IMG/VR virus record: IMGVR_UViG_3300025632_000015
Coordinates: 1 to 61,529 of that record
Length of the DNA stretch: 61,529 bases
Reading direction: 5' to 3' (one strand)
Source of the DNA: a virus
Lineage: Duplodnaviria > Caudoviricetes
Shown here: one piece after another, positions 49,998-58,877 of the stretch
Layout: each line of letters begins with the position of its first letter
Numbering within the stretch: position 1 is the first letter of the stretch
Notes under the pieces: model-generated
Told to the model about the DNA's origin: nothing
The model's database searches: none
The model's input: the letters and a program-made list of their open reading frames with translations, nothing else
Position numbers and translations under genes: made by a program

Positions 49998-50127
49998 ACA
50001 AAAAGTGAATGCAGCACTAGTTGCACTGAAAGAAACTGGCGTTAGTTATATTCTAATGGTACAAGACGAAACTGGCGTTGCTATATTTAGCAACGATAAG
50101 ACCGACCGTCTGTACATCATAGATTAA
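49981..50127 (+). CDS. Small hypothetical protein
   Basis: ATG at 49981 follows GGAG and fills the gap before 50140. Confidence 0.45.
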   Translation: MDTNTKQKVNAALVALKETGVSYILMVQDETGVAIFSNDKTDRLYIID

Positions 50128-50139
50128 GGAGGAAATAAT

Positions 50140-50871
50140 ATGCCAATAGACCCAAGTAGAAGCCCGCTGACAGACGCAATGTTTTCTGGAACAGGTACAC
50201 AACAGTTCCAAGAGATGTCAAATGATGATATTGTTCAATTGCAGAAAGAACAAGAAAACAGACTGATTGGATCTATGATGATTCAGTCCATCTTCCTTGC
50301 ATTGGCATTGATGTTATACGAAAGCTGGTCATGGGGTAAGTTTGACCAAGTGTGGCAATCTGCATTACTATACGGTATGCTTGCCTTCACATTTCAAGCA
50401 TCACTTTACTTACTTTACAGGTCAATGTTTGAAGACTCTACAAACTACCGCCGCCAGATTAAGCGCATGAAGTCTAAAAACAAGCGTCGAATGGCGCAAA
50501 TAAAGTACGAAGTAGATAAGCAGCGTACAGAATGGATGCTAGATCAGCAAGTACAACAATTCCAATCAAATGCCATGATGGCACAAGCAGATGGAGTAAT
50601 GACTCCGCAAGAACAACAAATATTGCAACAACAATATCAACAAGTGCAACAGATGGATCAGCAAGTTCCAGGTGTAAATGCTAACGTACAATATGACTTA
50701 GATGCACTAGCAAAGCAATTGGGATTAGATAGGCACAGAATCGGGCCAATACCAATGGGACCGGCTTTAACTCCTACACCACTAACAGTTACACAAGCCC
50801 CTTTAGGACAATTCCAGGTTCAAACACCGGTGCAGAGCACATTGGATCTGGATCCGACAGCGACCAACTAG
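50140..50871 (+). CDS. 2-TM membrane protein with basic coiled coil and Gln-rich tail
   Basis: Two TM segments, then RRQIKRMKSKNKRR and a Q-rich region; AGGAGG SD. Confidence 0.75.
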   Translation: MPIDPSRSPLTDAMFSGTGTQQFQEMSNDDIVQLQKEQENRLIGSMMIQSIFLALALMLYESWSWGKFDQVWQSALLYGMLAFTFQASLYLLYRSMFEDSTNYRRQIKRMKSKNKRRMAQIKYEVDKQRTEWMLDQQVQQFQSNAMMAQADGVMTPQEQQILQQQYQQVQQMDQQVPGVNANVQYDLDALAKQLGLDRHRIGPIPMGPALTPTPLTVTQAPLGQFQVQTPVQSTLDLDPTATN

Positions 50872-50943
50872 TACAATGTATGGCAATAACAGATATGGGA
50901 ACACAATGCGAGAGATTAACAAGGTCGGGATGGTGTCACCAAC

Positions 50944-51180
50944 ATGGGACTAATATTTCGCGATGAGAGAGACGACCAACAAGAAGCATTGATGCAAACA
51001 ACTGCCGTCGGTTTGACTTGGCAGTATCGCTATCTTACAATGAAGTGGATGGTTTATACTGTTTTATCTGGAATAGGTTCTGCTGCTGCTATGGCAATTA
51101 CAGACTATACTATTTACAAAGTGACCGACTACAATGGACTACTGGACTGGGCATTAACTGCAATCACAGGGGGCTTATAA
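50944..51180 (+). CDS. Small membrane protein
   Basis: Hydrophobic WMVYTVLSGIGSAAAMAI segment; immediately upstream of the GTPase. Confidence 0.7.
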   Translation: MGLIFRDERDDQQEALMQTTAVGLTWQYRYLTMKWMVYTVLSGIGSAAAMAITDYTIYKVTDYNGLLDWALTAITGGL

Positions 51181-51181
51181 T

Positions 51182-51901
51182 ATGGGCTCAGCAGAAATCA
51201 TCTTAGCACATGGTGTATGGAAAGTTATGAGTGGTGTACTAACACTAGTCCCATATGAAATAAGTGTGATAGGTGCTAGTCAAAGTGGTAAGACTACACT
51301 GGATGCTCAGTTAACAACTAGAGGAGAGATAAGAAAACTATACGACAAAGATCGTACTCACCATGAAAAGAACTGGCTAGGCAGATACAAGTTGCCAGAT
51401 GCAACAAAAAAGCGAATACATTCAGACGGTTTAGCAAAAACAATCGTTTCTAGAGACTTGGGTGGACATATAGAGTATCATTCGAGTTGGTTAAGAGATA
51501 TGATTGACCGTAATTGTAGTAGTATAGTATTAGTAATAGATAATAGACATCTAATAGATACTAATAATGTAGATAATCAAACCGCACTAGGCTATTTATT
51601 AACAGCACTGAGCGATAAAAATAACATTCCTAAAGGACTCACATGGAGAGGATGGTGGCGAGCGAAGAAGTACTATCCTAAGAGAGTGGTCGTACTTGCC
51701 AACAAAGCAGACGAGTGGATGACTGACGCTGACCATGTGACATGGGAGAAAGGATTTATCGCTCGACACAAAATATTTGATGTCTTTAGAGAAGACTTCT
51801 ACCGCTTGCAAGCCATGAATGTTCCTGTATACATGGATGCTATTAGCGCAAAATACGGATGGAATGTACAGGATGCTTTAGTAAAGGGGTTAGCAATATG
51901 A
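51182..51901 (+). CDS. Small GTPase, Arf/Sar1-like
   Basis: G1 GASQSGKTT, G3 DLGGH, G4 NKAD, G5 SAK, and a hydrophobic/amphipathic N-terminal extension. Confidence 0.85.
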   Translation: MGSAEIILAHGVWKVMSGVLTLVPYEISVIGASQSGKTTLDAQLTTRGEIRKLYDKDRTHHEKNWLGRYKLPDATKKRIHSDGLAKTIVSRDLGGHIEYHSSWLRDMIDRNCSSIVLVIDNRHLIDTNNVDNQTALGYLLTALSDKNNIPKGLTWRGWWRAKKYYPKRVVVLANKADEWMTDADHVTWEKGFIARHKIFDVFREDFYRLQAMNVPVYMDAISAKYGWNVQDALVKGLAI

Positions 51902-52644
51902 CAAACAGAGAAATATTAGATATGATGCAGAATCCTGCTTTAGATGCAGGTGGATATAACGACGTAGTGACACAAGTAGACTTCAGAATGTCTTCAAATC
52001 CGGATCCCAAAAAAGCCAGAAGATCGAATATCAAGTCTGCGATTAAAGCACTCAAGGCAACAAAAAGAAGTTTACTGTCTCCTAAAAGATTTTTTAGAGG
52101 TAGATACACGCATAAGAATCCACACGAGTGTGTTGTTGACGGCATAGATTGCATGAAAGCAGATTACGGTGATTTATTTGACCAATATTTCAGAGATCCA
52201 ATAACATTGGAGATAGAGGCTTTCAGGCCAACATCAGGAGTCTTACCAACTAGTGGTAGAAAACTACCAGGGACATACTGCCCACAGCACATGATGTTAT
52301 ATCATAGTTTAATGGAATGGATTGAGCAAGAAGAAAAAGAAGCGGATCCTGGATTCTTTAGCAAGATGGCAAAGAAGGGTGTTGCTTTCGTACCGATAGT
52401 TAGGCAACAAAAAGAAGCAGAACACCCATTAATTGTAAAATGGACACCAATTATTCAAGAAGCCATGAAAGATGGTATACAAATAGTGCATTATAAAAAC
52501 CCAATAACTAATGAAAATGATTTAACTATGCTAGTATTTGACAATAGACTCCTAAAAAACACTGCACCCCGACAAAATACCATGAAATCAATGGACATGG
52601 CAGAATATTACAAGGTTTTAGAAGAAATGCAGAGGCGAGGATGA
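51898..52644 (+). CDS. Hypothetical protein with Cys/His cluster
   Basis: ATG at 51898 overlaps the GTPase stop (ATGA). Contains CVVDGIDC ... YCPQH. Confidence 0.7.
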   Translation: MTNREILDMMQNPALDAGGYNDVVTQVDFRMSSNPDPKKARRSNIKSAIKALKATKRSLLSPKRFFRGRYTHKNPHECVVDGIDCMKADYGDLFDQYFRDPITLEIEAFRPTSGVLPTSGRKLPGTYCPQHMMLYHSLMEWIEQEEKEADPGFFSKMAKKGVAFVPIVRQQKEAEHPLIVKWTPIIQEAMKDGIQIVHYKNPITNENDLTMLVFDNRLLKNTAPRQNTMKSMDMAEYYKVLEEMQRRG

Positions 52645-52683
52645 TGAGAAACGTTCAATACAAAAGACTAGGGTGGCTCTAAT

Positions 52684-53418
52684 ATGGGATTGTTCGGAAG
52701 AAGCAGCACAACCTCTCCAGTGGCGCTAATACCGCCAGGTGTGGGAGGCGGTATATCAAAAGATCAAATGAATATGTTCGCCCAAGCGGCGAATAACTCG
52801 GGACTGACTGGAATGGGCATGGGAATGCTAGACCAAGTAACTGGTGGAGGAGTCAATACAGAAGAAATAGAACTTATGTATCATCTGATGGCTCGTCATC
52901 CTAACGAAGTAGATTTATTCTTCGTTGGGAACCCAGACTTCTTGTCTGGACTCGCAGAATTGATATCCACCATTATGAAAAGAGAATTGTACCTATGGTT
53001 TAACTCTGCGGCAATAGCAGCAACAGTAGACCCTGCCAAGGCATCAGAATTAGGTTATTCAACAATAACTCAAGAGAATGTAGACGGCATCTTAGGTAAG
53101 ATGTACTCTCCGGATGCTGGGCAACAGAGAATCAATGCAGCAGACGCTGAAGCAATTGGTTTAATCAACCAACATAAATATGGTATGCAAATGGGCGGTA
53201 TGCAAGCTGGTATGGATCAGCAGCAACAAATGTTCCAGCAACAAATGTACCAACAACAAATGATGCAGCAGCAACAGCAACCAGGACTAAGTGGCGCACT
53301 AGGTAGTTTCGGTTCGACTCTACTAAGAGGCTCACTGGGTTTACCACCAGCACCTAACTACAATCAACAATATGCACCACAACAAGGTATGTACCAGCAA
53401 CCAGGCGCAATGCAGTGA
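52684..53418 (+). CDS. Gln/Met/Gly-rich hypothetical protein
   Basis: Starts MGLFG; low-complexity Q-rich C-terminus. Confidence 0.7.
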   Translation: MGLFGRSSTTSPVALIPPGVGGGISKDQMNMFAQAANNSGLTGMGMGMLDQVTGGGVNTEEIELMYHLMARHPNEVDLFFVGNPDFLSGLAELISTIMKRELYLWFNSAAIAATVDPAKASELGYSTITQENVDGILGKMYSPDAGQQRINAADAEAIGLINQHKYGMQMGGMQAGMDQQQQMFQQQMYQQQMMQQQQQPGLSGALGSFGSTLLRGSLGLPPAPNYNQQYAPQQGMYQQPGAMQ

Positions 53419-53461
53419 TTAAGCGAACCGCTTAAGTTATAGTCCCCCTTGGGATACATGT

Positions 53462-53827
53462 ATGGTAGCTAGTCGTAACCAACTAAATATGATCTCGCGA
53501 GAGTTTGGAAGCACTCCAAATGGCTCGTTACCTGCATACGGTGCTGTGGGAGAAATGGCTCAGTACCATAATCCTAGAGCACACCTAAAATATAGGAAAA
53601 CAACCGCATTAGGTGAAAAACAAGGACTGTCTGGTATATTTCCAACCGAAGCATTAGGTGGTGCAGGCGTTATTGCGTTAGGTATGATATACGTAGGGCT
53701 TAATTTTCCTTACGCAGAAGGAACCATCGACTGGGTTAAGAAAAGAATCAATCAACCAAAACAAACTACACAAGCAGCCTTGCTGGGTGTAGGAACTTTG
53801 ATATTAATAAATAGAGCAAACAGGTGA
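53462..53827 (+). CDS. Small 2-TM membrane protein
   Basis: Two TM segments after GLSG. A CTTAAG box lies about 30 nt upstream. Confidence 0.65.
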   Translation: MVASRNQLNMISREFGSTPNGSLPAYGAVGEMAQYHNPRAHLKYRKTTALGEKQGLSGIFPTEALGGAGVIALGMIYVGLNFPYAEGTIDWVKKRINQPKQTTQAALLGVGTLILINRANR

Positions 53828-54438
53828 TTAAGGTGAGCAGTTTCCAGAGATCTAATTTATACGCTAGTGAAGATTTTGGTGGAGAACCAGACACCATGGA
53901 TATGTCCGGATTTTTAGGCTCTCCGCCTCCAGTACAACCACAAGAAAGAGCAAGAGCACCACGAACACCACCGATTTCTGAAAGACCACGACAACAACAA
54001 GCACCATCCAGTAACGCATCCGGTGTAAAACAACCAAACATGGGTTATACTGTCAAAAACCCAATCCCAGTACTAACAGACGAGTTTGAAGATCCCAAGT
54101 TCTATCACGCTCTAAGTCCTTTTTGGGCAGACGATGATTCACTAGGCTCTCCTAAAATACCAGCGATTAGTAAAGTAGCAGGGGTTACAATATTCACACT
54201 GGCTGGTATGTATGCTCTTGGAACACGCAAAACAGGTGGCTCGCCGTATGCTAAAGCACTATGCATAGCAGGTGCCGGAATGTACGTACACCCAATGTTA
54301 GGTGTAAATCACGGACTACTAAAAGTAATACCAGGAGAAGACCACTGGATAGCAAAATACCCTCGATACGGAGCAATAGGTATGGTACACTTAGGTGGAG
54401 CATACGGTTTCCAGAAAGCAATAAGGAGGCAGTTTTAG
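53824..54438 (+). CDS. Membrane protein with Pro-rich N-terminus
   Basis: Three hydrophobic segments in the C-terminal half. Confidence 0.65.
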   Translation: MIKVSSFQRSNLYASEDFGGEPDTMDMSGFLGSPPPVQPQERARAPRTPPISERPRQQQAPSSNASGVKQPNMGYTVKNPIPVLTDEFEDPKFYHALSPFWADDDSLGSPKIPAISKVAGVTIFTLAGMYALGTRKTGGSPYAKALCIAGAGMYVHPMLGVNHGLLKVIPGEDHWIAKYPRYGAIGMVHLGGAYGFQKAIRRQF

Positions 54439-56415
54439 ATGAGTGGTTGGTTTGGTACTTCAAATAGGGGGACAAACAACCCTCTTGATGGCATAGCAGC
54501 AGGTCATGCTGCTCGCAGAAATATGCAAAAGCAGAGGTACAGCCCTATGGGTAGAACGACCATCGACCAGATGGCTGCGAAAAACATGAGCCGTTCAAAT
54601 AGTCAAGAATACAAGGGATTCAATCTAGTATCTACTTTTAACAACAACGCTCATACAAGGGATTTAAACAAGAAATACCAAGACTCTTGGAATACTAGAG
54701 CAATTAAAAAAGGAATGACGTCTTTGACGTCAAAGACGTCTTTTAGAGCATCCGGTAGCTCAAAAGGTGAGTCAGTTAATAAAGTTAAGAACCAAATAGA
54801 TAAATCTCTTGGTCAAGAAAAGAAGATGTCAATGTTTACCGATGCTAGTTCAGAATCAATTAGAGAAGTAACCATACCTAAAACAGACCCTGGAGAAGTA
54901 GCAAGATTCAACAGAGCCGCAGCAGCGGCAGAAAAAGCAAGACAGTTCAAACCTGTTCCAATGCCTGCAGACTTCAATACTGGTATATACACAGTACGTG
55001 CAGTATATGGTGAACGCAATAAAACATATACTGTGAGTGTTATTGAAGGAACTGTAGTCAAAGAAGTCAAGACATTCAATCAAAATCAAGGAATGGCGGC
55101 AAAGGTTCTACATCAACAATTTAAGACTCTGGCTGCGAAAAAGACAAATTACGACGGTCAGAAACCACTTTCTGTCTCTAAAACCAACTATAATGTCGAA
55201 CTACAAGTCACAACAGCAGCAGCAGGACTCAGTGGGTTCTTTAACGGTGTAATGAATATGTTTGGTCTAGGTAGAACGACAATAGACCAAATGGCTGCAA
55301 AAAACATGAGAAACGCAGCAAGTCCAAGTCAATCATCAGAAAGAGCAAGATTTGCTAGAAGAGCAGACAGTGGAATAGATAGACAACGAGCAACACAAGC
55401 AGCAACACAAGCAGCAATGCAAAGTCAATCATCAGAAAGAGCAAGATTTTCTAGAAGAGCAGAGTTTGAAGCTCAGCAAAGGATGAAAGCTGCAGCAACA
55501 CAAGCAACACAAGCAGGAGAAGGAGCAAGATTTGCTAGAAGAGCAGAGTTTGAAGCTCAGCAAAGAACGAAAGCTGCAGCAACACAAGCAACACAAGCAA
55601 CACAAGCAGCAATGCAAAGTCAATCATCAGAACGAGCAAGATTTGCTAGAAGAGCAGACAGTGGTATAGACCAACAAAGACTGATAGATGCAAAAGCACA
55701 GCAAGCAGTTATCAATCAAAAAATGCTCGACAAGCAGAAATTCGAAGAAGCAAGTAGAGCATCCGTTGTCATAGCATCAAAGAGACCAGAAGTAACAGCA
55801 AATTGGTCAGCCATGCCAGCAAAATCATTTAAAGTTATCACATCTAGAAAAGATGGTACAGTTGTAAAAGAATCTGGTGTAATTAGTGATTATAAGTCAG
55901 CAGCTGAAGCATTCCAAACAGAAGTTTCTACCATAGAAAACACACCCGATTTCTACGACCAAGATGCACCATTAGTGCCAGAAGTACCTATATCAACTGG
56001 TGACGGTGGAGATATAACAAGTAATTATCAAGATCCAATAATCGCACAAGCATCGGCTGCTCAACAAGCAGCGGCACAGGCGGCTGCTGAACAAGCGGCT
56101 GAAGCAGAAAGATTTGCTCAACAAGCAGCGGCACAGGCGGCTGCTGAACAAGCGGCTGAAGCAGAAAGATTTGCTAGAAGAGCAGAGCTTGAAGCCCAGC
56201 AAAGAGCAGCGGCACAGACAGTATCAGAAAACTACAATGAATTAGTTCAATCTACAGAACCTGAACCGATTTACAGACCACTGAACCTTGAAGACTATCC
56301 TTGGATATTGAAGCAACAAGCAAGTACAGCATTAGCACCTGCTGCCGCACATAGCCATTTGGGATTGGTACTAGTTGGACTTGCTGGATTAGCTTACGTA
56401 ACCAACAGGAAGTAA
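54439..56415 (+). CDS. Repeat-rich Ala/Gln/Arg protein with C-terminal membrane anchor
   Basis: ERARFARRA-type repeats, a duplicated GRTTIDQMAAKNM, and a C-terminal LGLVLVGLAGLAYV segment. Confidence 0.75.
   Translation: MSGWFGTSNRGTNNPLDGIAAGHAARRNMQKQRYSPMGRTTIDQMAAKNMSRSNSQEYKGFNLVSTFNNNAHTRDLNKKYQDSWNTRAIKKGMTSLTSKTSFRASGSSKGESVNKVKNQIDKSLGQEKKMSMFTDASSESIREVTIPKTDPGEVARFNRAAAAAEKARQFKPVPMPADFNTGIYTVRAVYGERNKTYTVSVIEGTVVKEVKTFNQNQGMAAKVLHQQFKTLAAKKTNYDGQKPLSVSKTNYNVELQVTTAAAGLSGFFNGVMNMFGLGRTTIDQMAAKNMRNAASPSQSSERARFARRADSGIDRQRATQAATQAAMQSQSSERARFSRRAEFEAQQRMKAAATQATQAGEGARFARRAEFEAQQRTKAAATQATQATQAAMQSQSSERARFARRADSGIDQQRLIDAKAQQAVINQKMLDKQKFEEASRASVVIASKRPEVTANWSAMPAKSFKVITSRKDGTVVKESGVISDYKSAAEAFQTEVSTIENTPDFYDQDAPLVPEVPISTGDGGDITSNYQDPIIAQASAAQQAAAQAAAEQAAEAERFAQQAAAQAAAEQAAEAERFARRAELEAQQRAAAQTVSENYNELVQSTEPEPIYRPLNLEDYPWILKQQASTALAPAAAHSHLGLVLVGLAGLAYVTNRK
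55325..55680 (+). repeat. Imperfect coding repeats (SQSSERARFARRA / AATQ)
   Basis: Four copies of GAGCAAGATTT(G/T)CTAGAAGAGCAGA, with GCAACACAA microrepeats. Confidence 0.85.
56058..56176 (+). repeat. 57-nt coding tandem duplication (AQQAAAQAAAEQAAEAERF)
   Basis: GCTCAACAAGCAGCGGCACAGGCGGCTGCTGAACAAGCGGCTGAAGCAGAAAGATTT occurs twice. Confidence 0.9.
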
Positions 56416-56419
56416 TTAT

Positions 56420-56971
56420 ATGGTTGAATTTGTATGGAGATTAAAACCCAATTGGCCAGGAAGCGGTCAGCCAGATCTTTGGAATAGAACCTCTCCTGTA
56501 AGTAGCGTAGATGCTGATGTTCTTCAAACAAATATTGCTAGGTTAGAGCAAATTGCCATATCATTATCGATAGTAGAAAAAAATATTGTGAATTTTAAAA
56601 ATAGCATAAATGCATTCAATCAAAGAATGAGATTCTCAAGAGATACCAGTGAATTAAGGCGACTTACAGAGGGAAAAAATATTACTGCTAGAAGTTTAGA
56701 GAGTGCTGAGACTGAAAGGGATGTGCTTAAATTACAAGAAAAAACAGCACTGAAAATCGTTAACCAAAATAGAGATGAAATGGCTAAGTTCTACACAGCC
56801 GGACCATATATGAGTGAAGACAAAGCGTCACTTATGACTATCATTGGTATGGTTTGTGTTGCCGGTGGTGCAGCGTATCTTATCAGATCACCAAGTACAT
56901 CACTTCCATTTCGTCGTTCATTTCGTCGTTCAATGAAACAATTGTCGCCTGTTACGGCGGCATTTAGATAG
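56420..56971 (+). CDS. Coiled-coil protein with C-terminal TM
   Basis: Heptad-like region followed by LMTIIGMVCVAGGAAYLI. Confidence 0.65.
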   Translation: MVEFVWRLKPNWPGSGQPDLWNRTSPVSSVDADVLQTNIARLEQIAISLSIVEKNIVNFKNSINAFNQRMRFSRDTSELRRLTEGKNITARSLESAETERDVLKLQEKTALKIVNQNRDEMAKFYTAGPYMSEDKASLMTIIGMVCVAGGAAYLIRSPSTSLPFRRSFRRSMKQLSPVTAAFR

Positions 56972-57002
56972 ATTTAAGTAGAAAATAATGTGAGGAATTA
57001 AT

Positions 57003-57332
57003 ATGCCAAAGAAAGGATCACACCTGAATAAGCACAAAGTAACACCGAAACCTAAACTCGCAGCAATAATTGGAAAGAAGCCAGTTTCATACGGTCAGGC
57101 AGCAAGCGCACTATGGAATGATAAGCAAATGGGAATCAAGAAACTCGAGTTAAATGGCGAGGCTGGAGATGGTCAAACTCTGAAGGTTGGCGGTAAAACC
57201 TACAAAGGCGGTCAAATCATTCATACTGGCGAAAACGATGTTTGGAAAGCATTTGCTAATGGTAAGAAGAAGATTGCCATGACCCAACTCGGTACACTAG
57301 TCAAGCAACATAGCACCGCTCCAAAGAAGTGA
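57003..57332 (+). CDS. SWIB/MDM2-like domain protein
   Basis: TPKPKLAAIIGKKPVSYGQAASALW...IKK...II...KAFANGKKKIAMTQLGTLVKQH follows the stand-alone SWIB pattern. Confidence 0.65.
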   Translation: MPKKGSHLNKHKVTPKPKLAAIIGKKPVSYGQAASALWNDKQMGIKKLELNGEAGDGQTLKVGGKTYKGGQIIHTGENDVWKAFANGKKKIAMTQLGTLVKQHSTAPKK

Positions 57333-57348
57333 TTAAATTGAGAGTAGT

Positions 57349-57513
57349 ATGACTGTATTTCCACCATGCGAAAAATGTGGCGAAAAAATTAGTCGAAGAC
57401 CTACAGACAAACTCTGCGGAAAGTGTTATTTGCAAAAAAGAAAGGACGCTAGAGACAAAATTACAAAAAAAACAGGAAAAAGACAGTATTTTGAAGAAAC
57501 TTTTTGGTTTTAG
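57349..57513 (+). CDS. Small zinc-finger protein (54 aa, not in ORF track)
   Basis: CEKC...LCGKC followed by a basic tail. Confidence 0.55.
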   Translation: MTVFPPCEKCGEKISRRPTDKLCGKCYLQKRKDARDKITKKTGKRQYFEETFWF

Positions 57514-57580
57514 TCAAAAATACCTGTTTAAAAGCGATATAAGCGACTCTGTACTAGTTGGGTCACTCTGATACCTATTA

Positions 57581-57626
57581 CATATCTTGCGTACGACAGA
57601 CGCCACGCAAAAGGGTATGTTTTTTC
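57581..57626 (+). terminator. Possible hairpin + T-tract at the strand convergence point
   Basis: TTGCGT...ACGCAA inverted repeat followed by TTTTTT. Confidence 0.35.
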
Positions 57627-57656
57627 GTAAACTAGCAAAAAATTATGATTTTCTAA

Positions 57657-57956
57657 TTATGGATAAAATTTACCAACGACACTAAGAATGATTCCGGTAG
57701 CCATGATGATTTGAACAATTCGCCAATTATGTAGCATATCATTTTTAGTTTCTTCTAACTTCTCAAGTAAGATTTCTTTATCTTCGTCTTGCATCTTGAT
57801 TGTCAATTCTAAATTATTTGGGATCAGACTAGACAAGTCGAAGAATGATTCTTTATTAGAAACTGTTTTATCCTTATTTTGTCTCTTCCTTTCTTTTACC
57901 ATCAATGGGCCCCCTTGTTTACAGGACGTCTTCCGGTGTAAACCCACCGTTAGCAT
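57657..57956 (-). CDS. Small protein with C-terminal TM
   Basis: IVQIIMATGIILSVVG. True start is probably near 57902. Confidence 0.55.
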   Translation of the reverse strand: MLTVGLHRKTSCKQGGPLMVKERKRQNKDKTVSNKESFFDLSSLIPNNLELTIKMQDEDKEILLEKLEETKNDMLHNWRIVQIIMATGIILSVVGKFYP

Positions 57957-58299
57957 CTATTAGTAGAAAGTCTTTTTTAGAAAAACCAAAACTTTCGTAC
58001 TTGTGAAATTTATTTCGTAGGAAGTCTTCTGGAGTCTCTGTACCGAGTACTTCTATGAATCTGACAACGTGTGTTGGTGCAACTATATCAGGGATACACC
58101 CGTTCTTTAGTCTAACTTCTGTCCAGAAAGGTATTTTGTTGTCTATCAAGACATTACATATCTCGAAGATTCTAACTCTGTGGTCATTTGTGTGGTCTAC
58201 ATTCAACCTAACAGAGTTCATTGGATTCTTATATGCCCTCTCAACATGCTCCCTAAAGAAGTCGTTGACTATCTTTTGGTCGCTAGAAGGTAACTTCAT
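57919..58299 (-). CDS. PD-(D/E)xK-like nuclease-fold protein
   Basis: FWTEVRLKNGCIPDIV...FIEVL. Confidence 0.5.
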   Translation of the reverse strand: MKLPSSDQKIVNDFFREHVERAYKNPMNSVRLNVDHTNDHRVRIFEICNVLIDNKIPFWTEVRLKNGCIPDIVAPTHVVRFIEVLGTETPEDFLRNKFHKYESFGFSKKDFLLIDANGGFTPEDVL

Positions 58300-58877
58300 T
58301 TCTTATTTCTCCAGTAGTTTAGAATACTGTAGATTTTCCATGTGTCTAAACCAGTTTTGATGGATATTTCTGACACCGACATACCAGTTTTCTTCCAATT
58401 TAGCACATTTTCTAAGATTGGCTTCTCAACAGGAGACTCGATTAAGACTCCATCGTTGAACATAAATCCATATGGTGCGGAGCCAGATTGCTTAGAAGAG
58501 GCTTTTATTCCCATGCGTATATTGAGAGAACGCATAGTTTTGTAATACTCTCCTGCAGTTTGTACATTACCTAGTTCTGTTGCTGCTTTAGAACCCTTAA
58601 TCCATGGTGTAGTTATACAATATATTGATTTCTTACCTAGTAGTTTAATCTGTTCTTTAGTTATACCCTCTAGAGAGTATAGTAGTATACCATTATAGTT
58701 ATTAATATCAGATAGTAGTTCTTCTAGACCATTAGGAATCTCATCCCAACCATCTGCGTAAAACTCATCTATCACGACATCTACGTCTTTTGCTTTCAAT
58801 TCCGTGTATTTCACCATCTCGGTGAAGTCATATTGTTTACCCGCTGGCTTGTATAGATACGCTGCTACTTTTGTCAT
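58296..58877 (-). CDS. Degenerate serine recombinase/resolvase-like protein
   Basis: Resolvase-like layout (KVAAY..., IDEFYAD, LEELL, ILLYSLE) and a G.APYGF...DG.L...P.E recombinase-domain start. The catalytic YxRxS is absent. Confidence 0.55.
   Translation of the reverse strand: MTKVAAYLYKPAGKQYDFTEMVKYTELKAKDVDVVIDEFYADGWDEIPNGLEELLSDINNYNGILLYSLEGITKEQIKLLGKKSIYCITTPWIKGSKAATELGNVQTAGEYYKTMRSLNIRMGIKASSKQSGSAPYGFMFNDGVLIESPVEKPILENVLNWKKTGMSVSEISIKTGLDTWKIYSILNYWRNKK

Noticed and set aside
55325-56176. Repeats as a possible CRISPR or mini-array
   Set aside because: The repeats are in-frame, of codon-multiple length and lack unique spacers. No cas genes are present.
57377-57571. 64-aa ORF from the track
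   Set aside because: The overlapping frame 57349-57513 encodes a more credible CxxC/CxxC protein with an ATG start.
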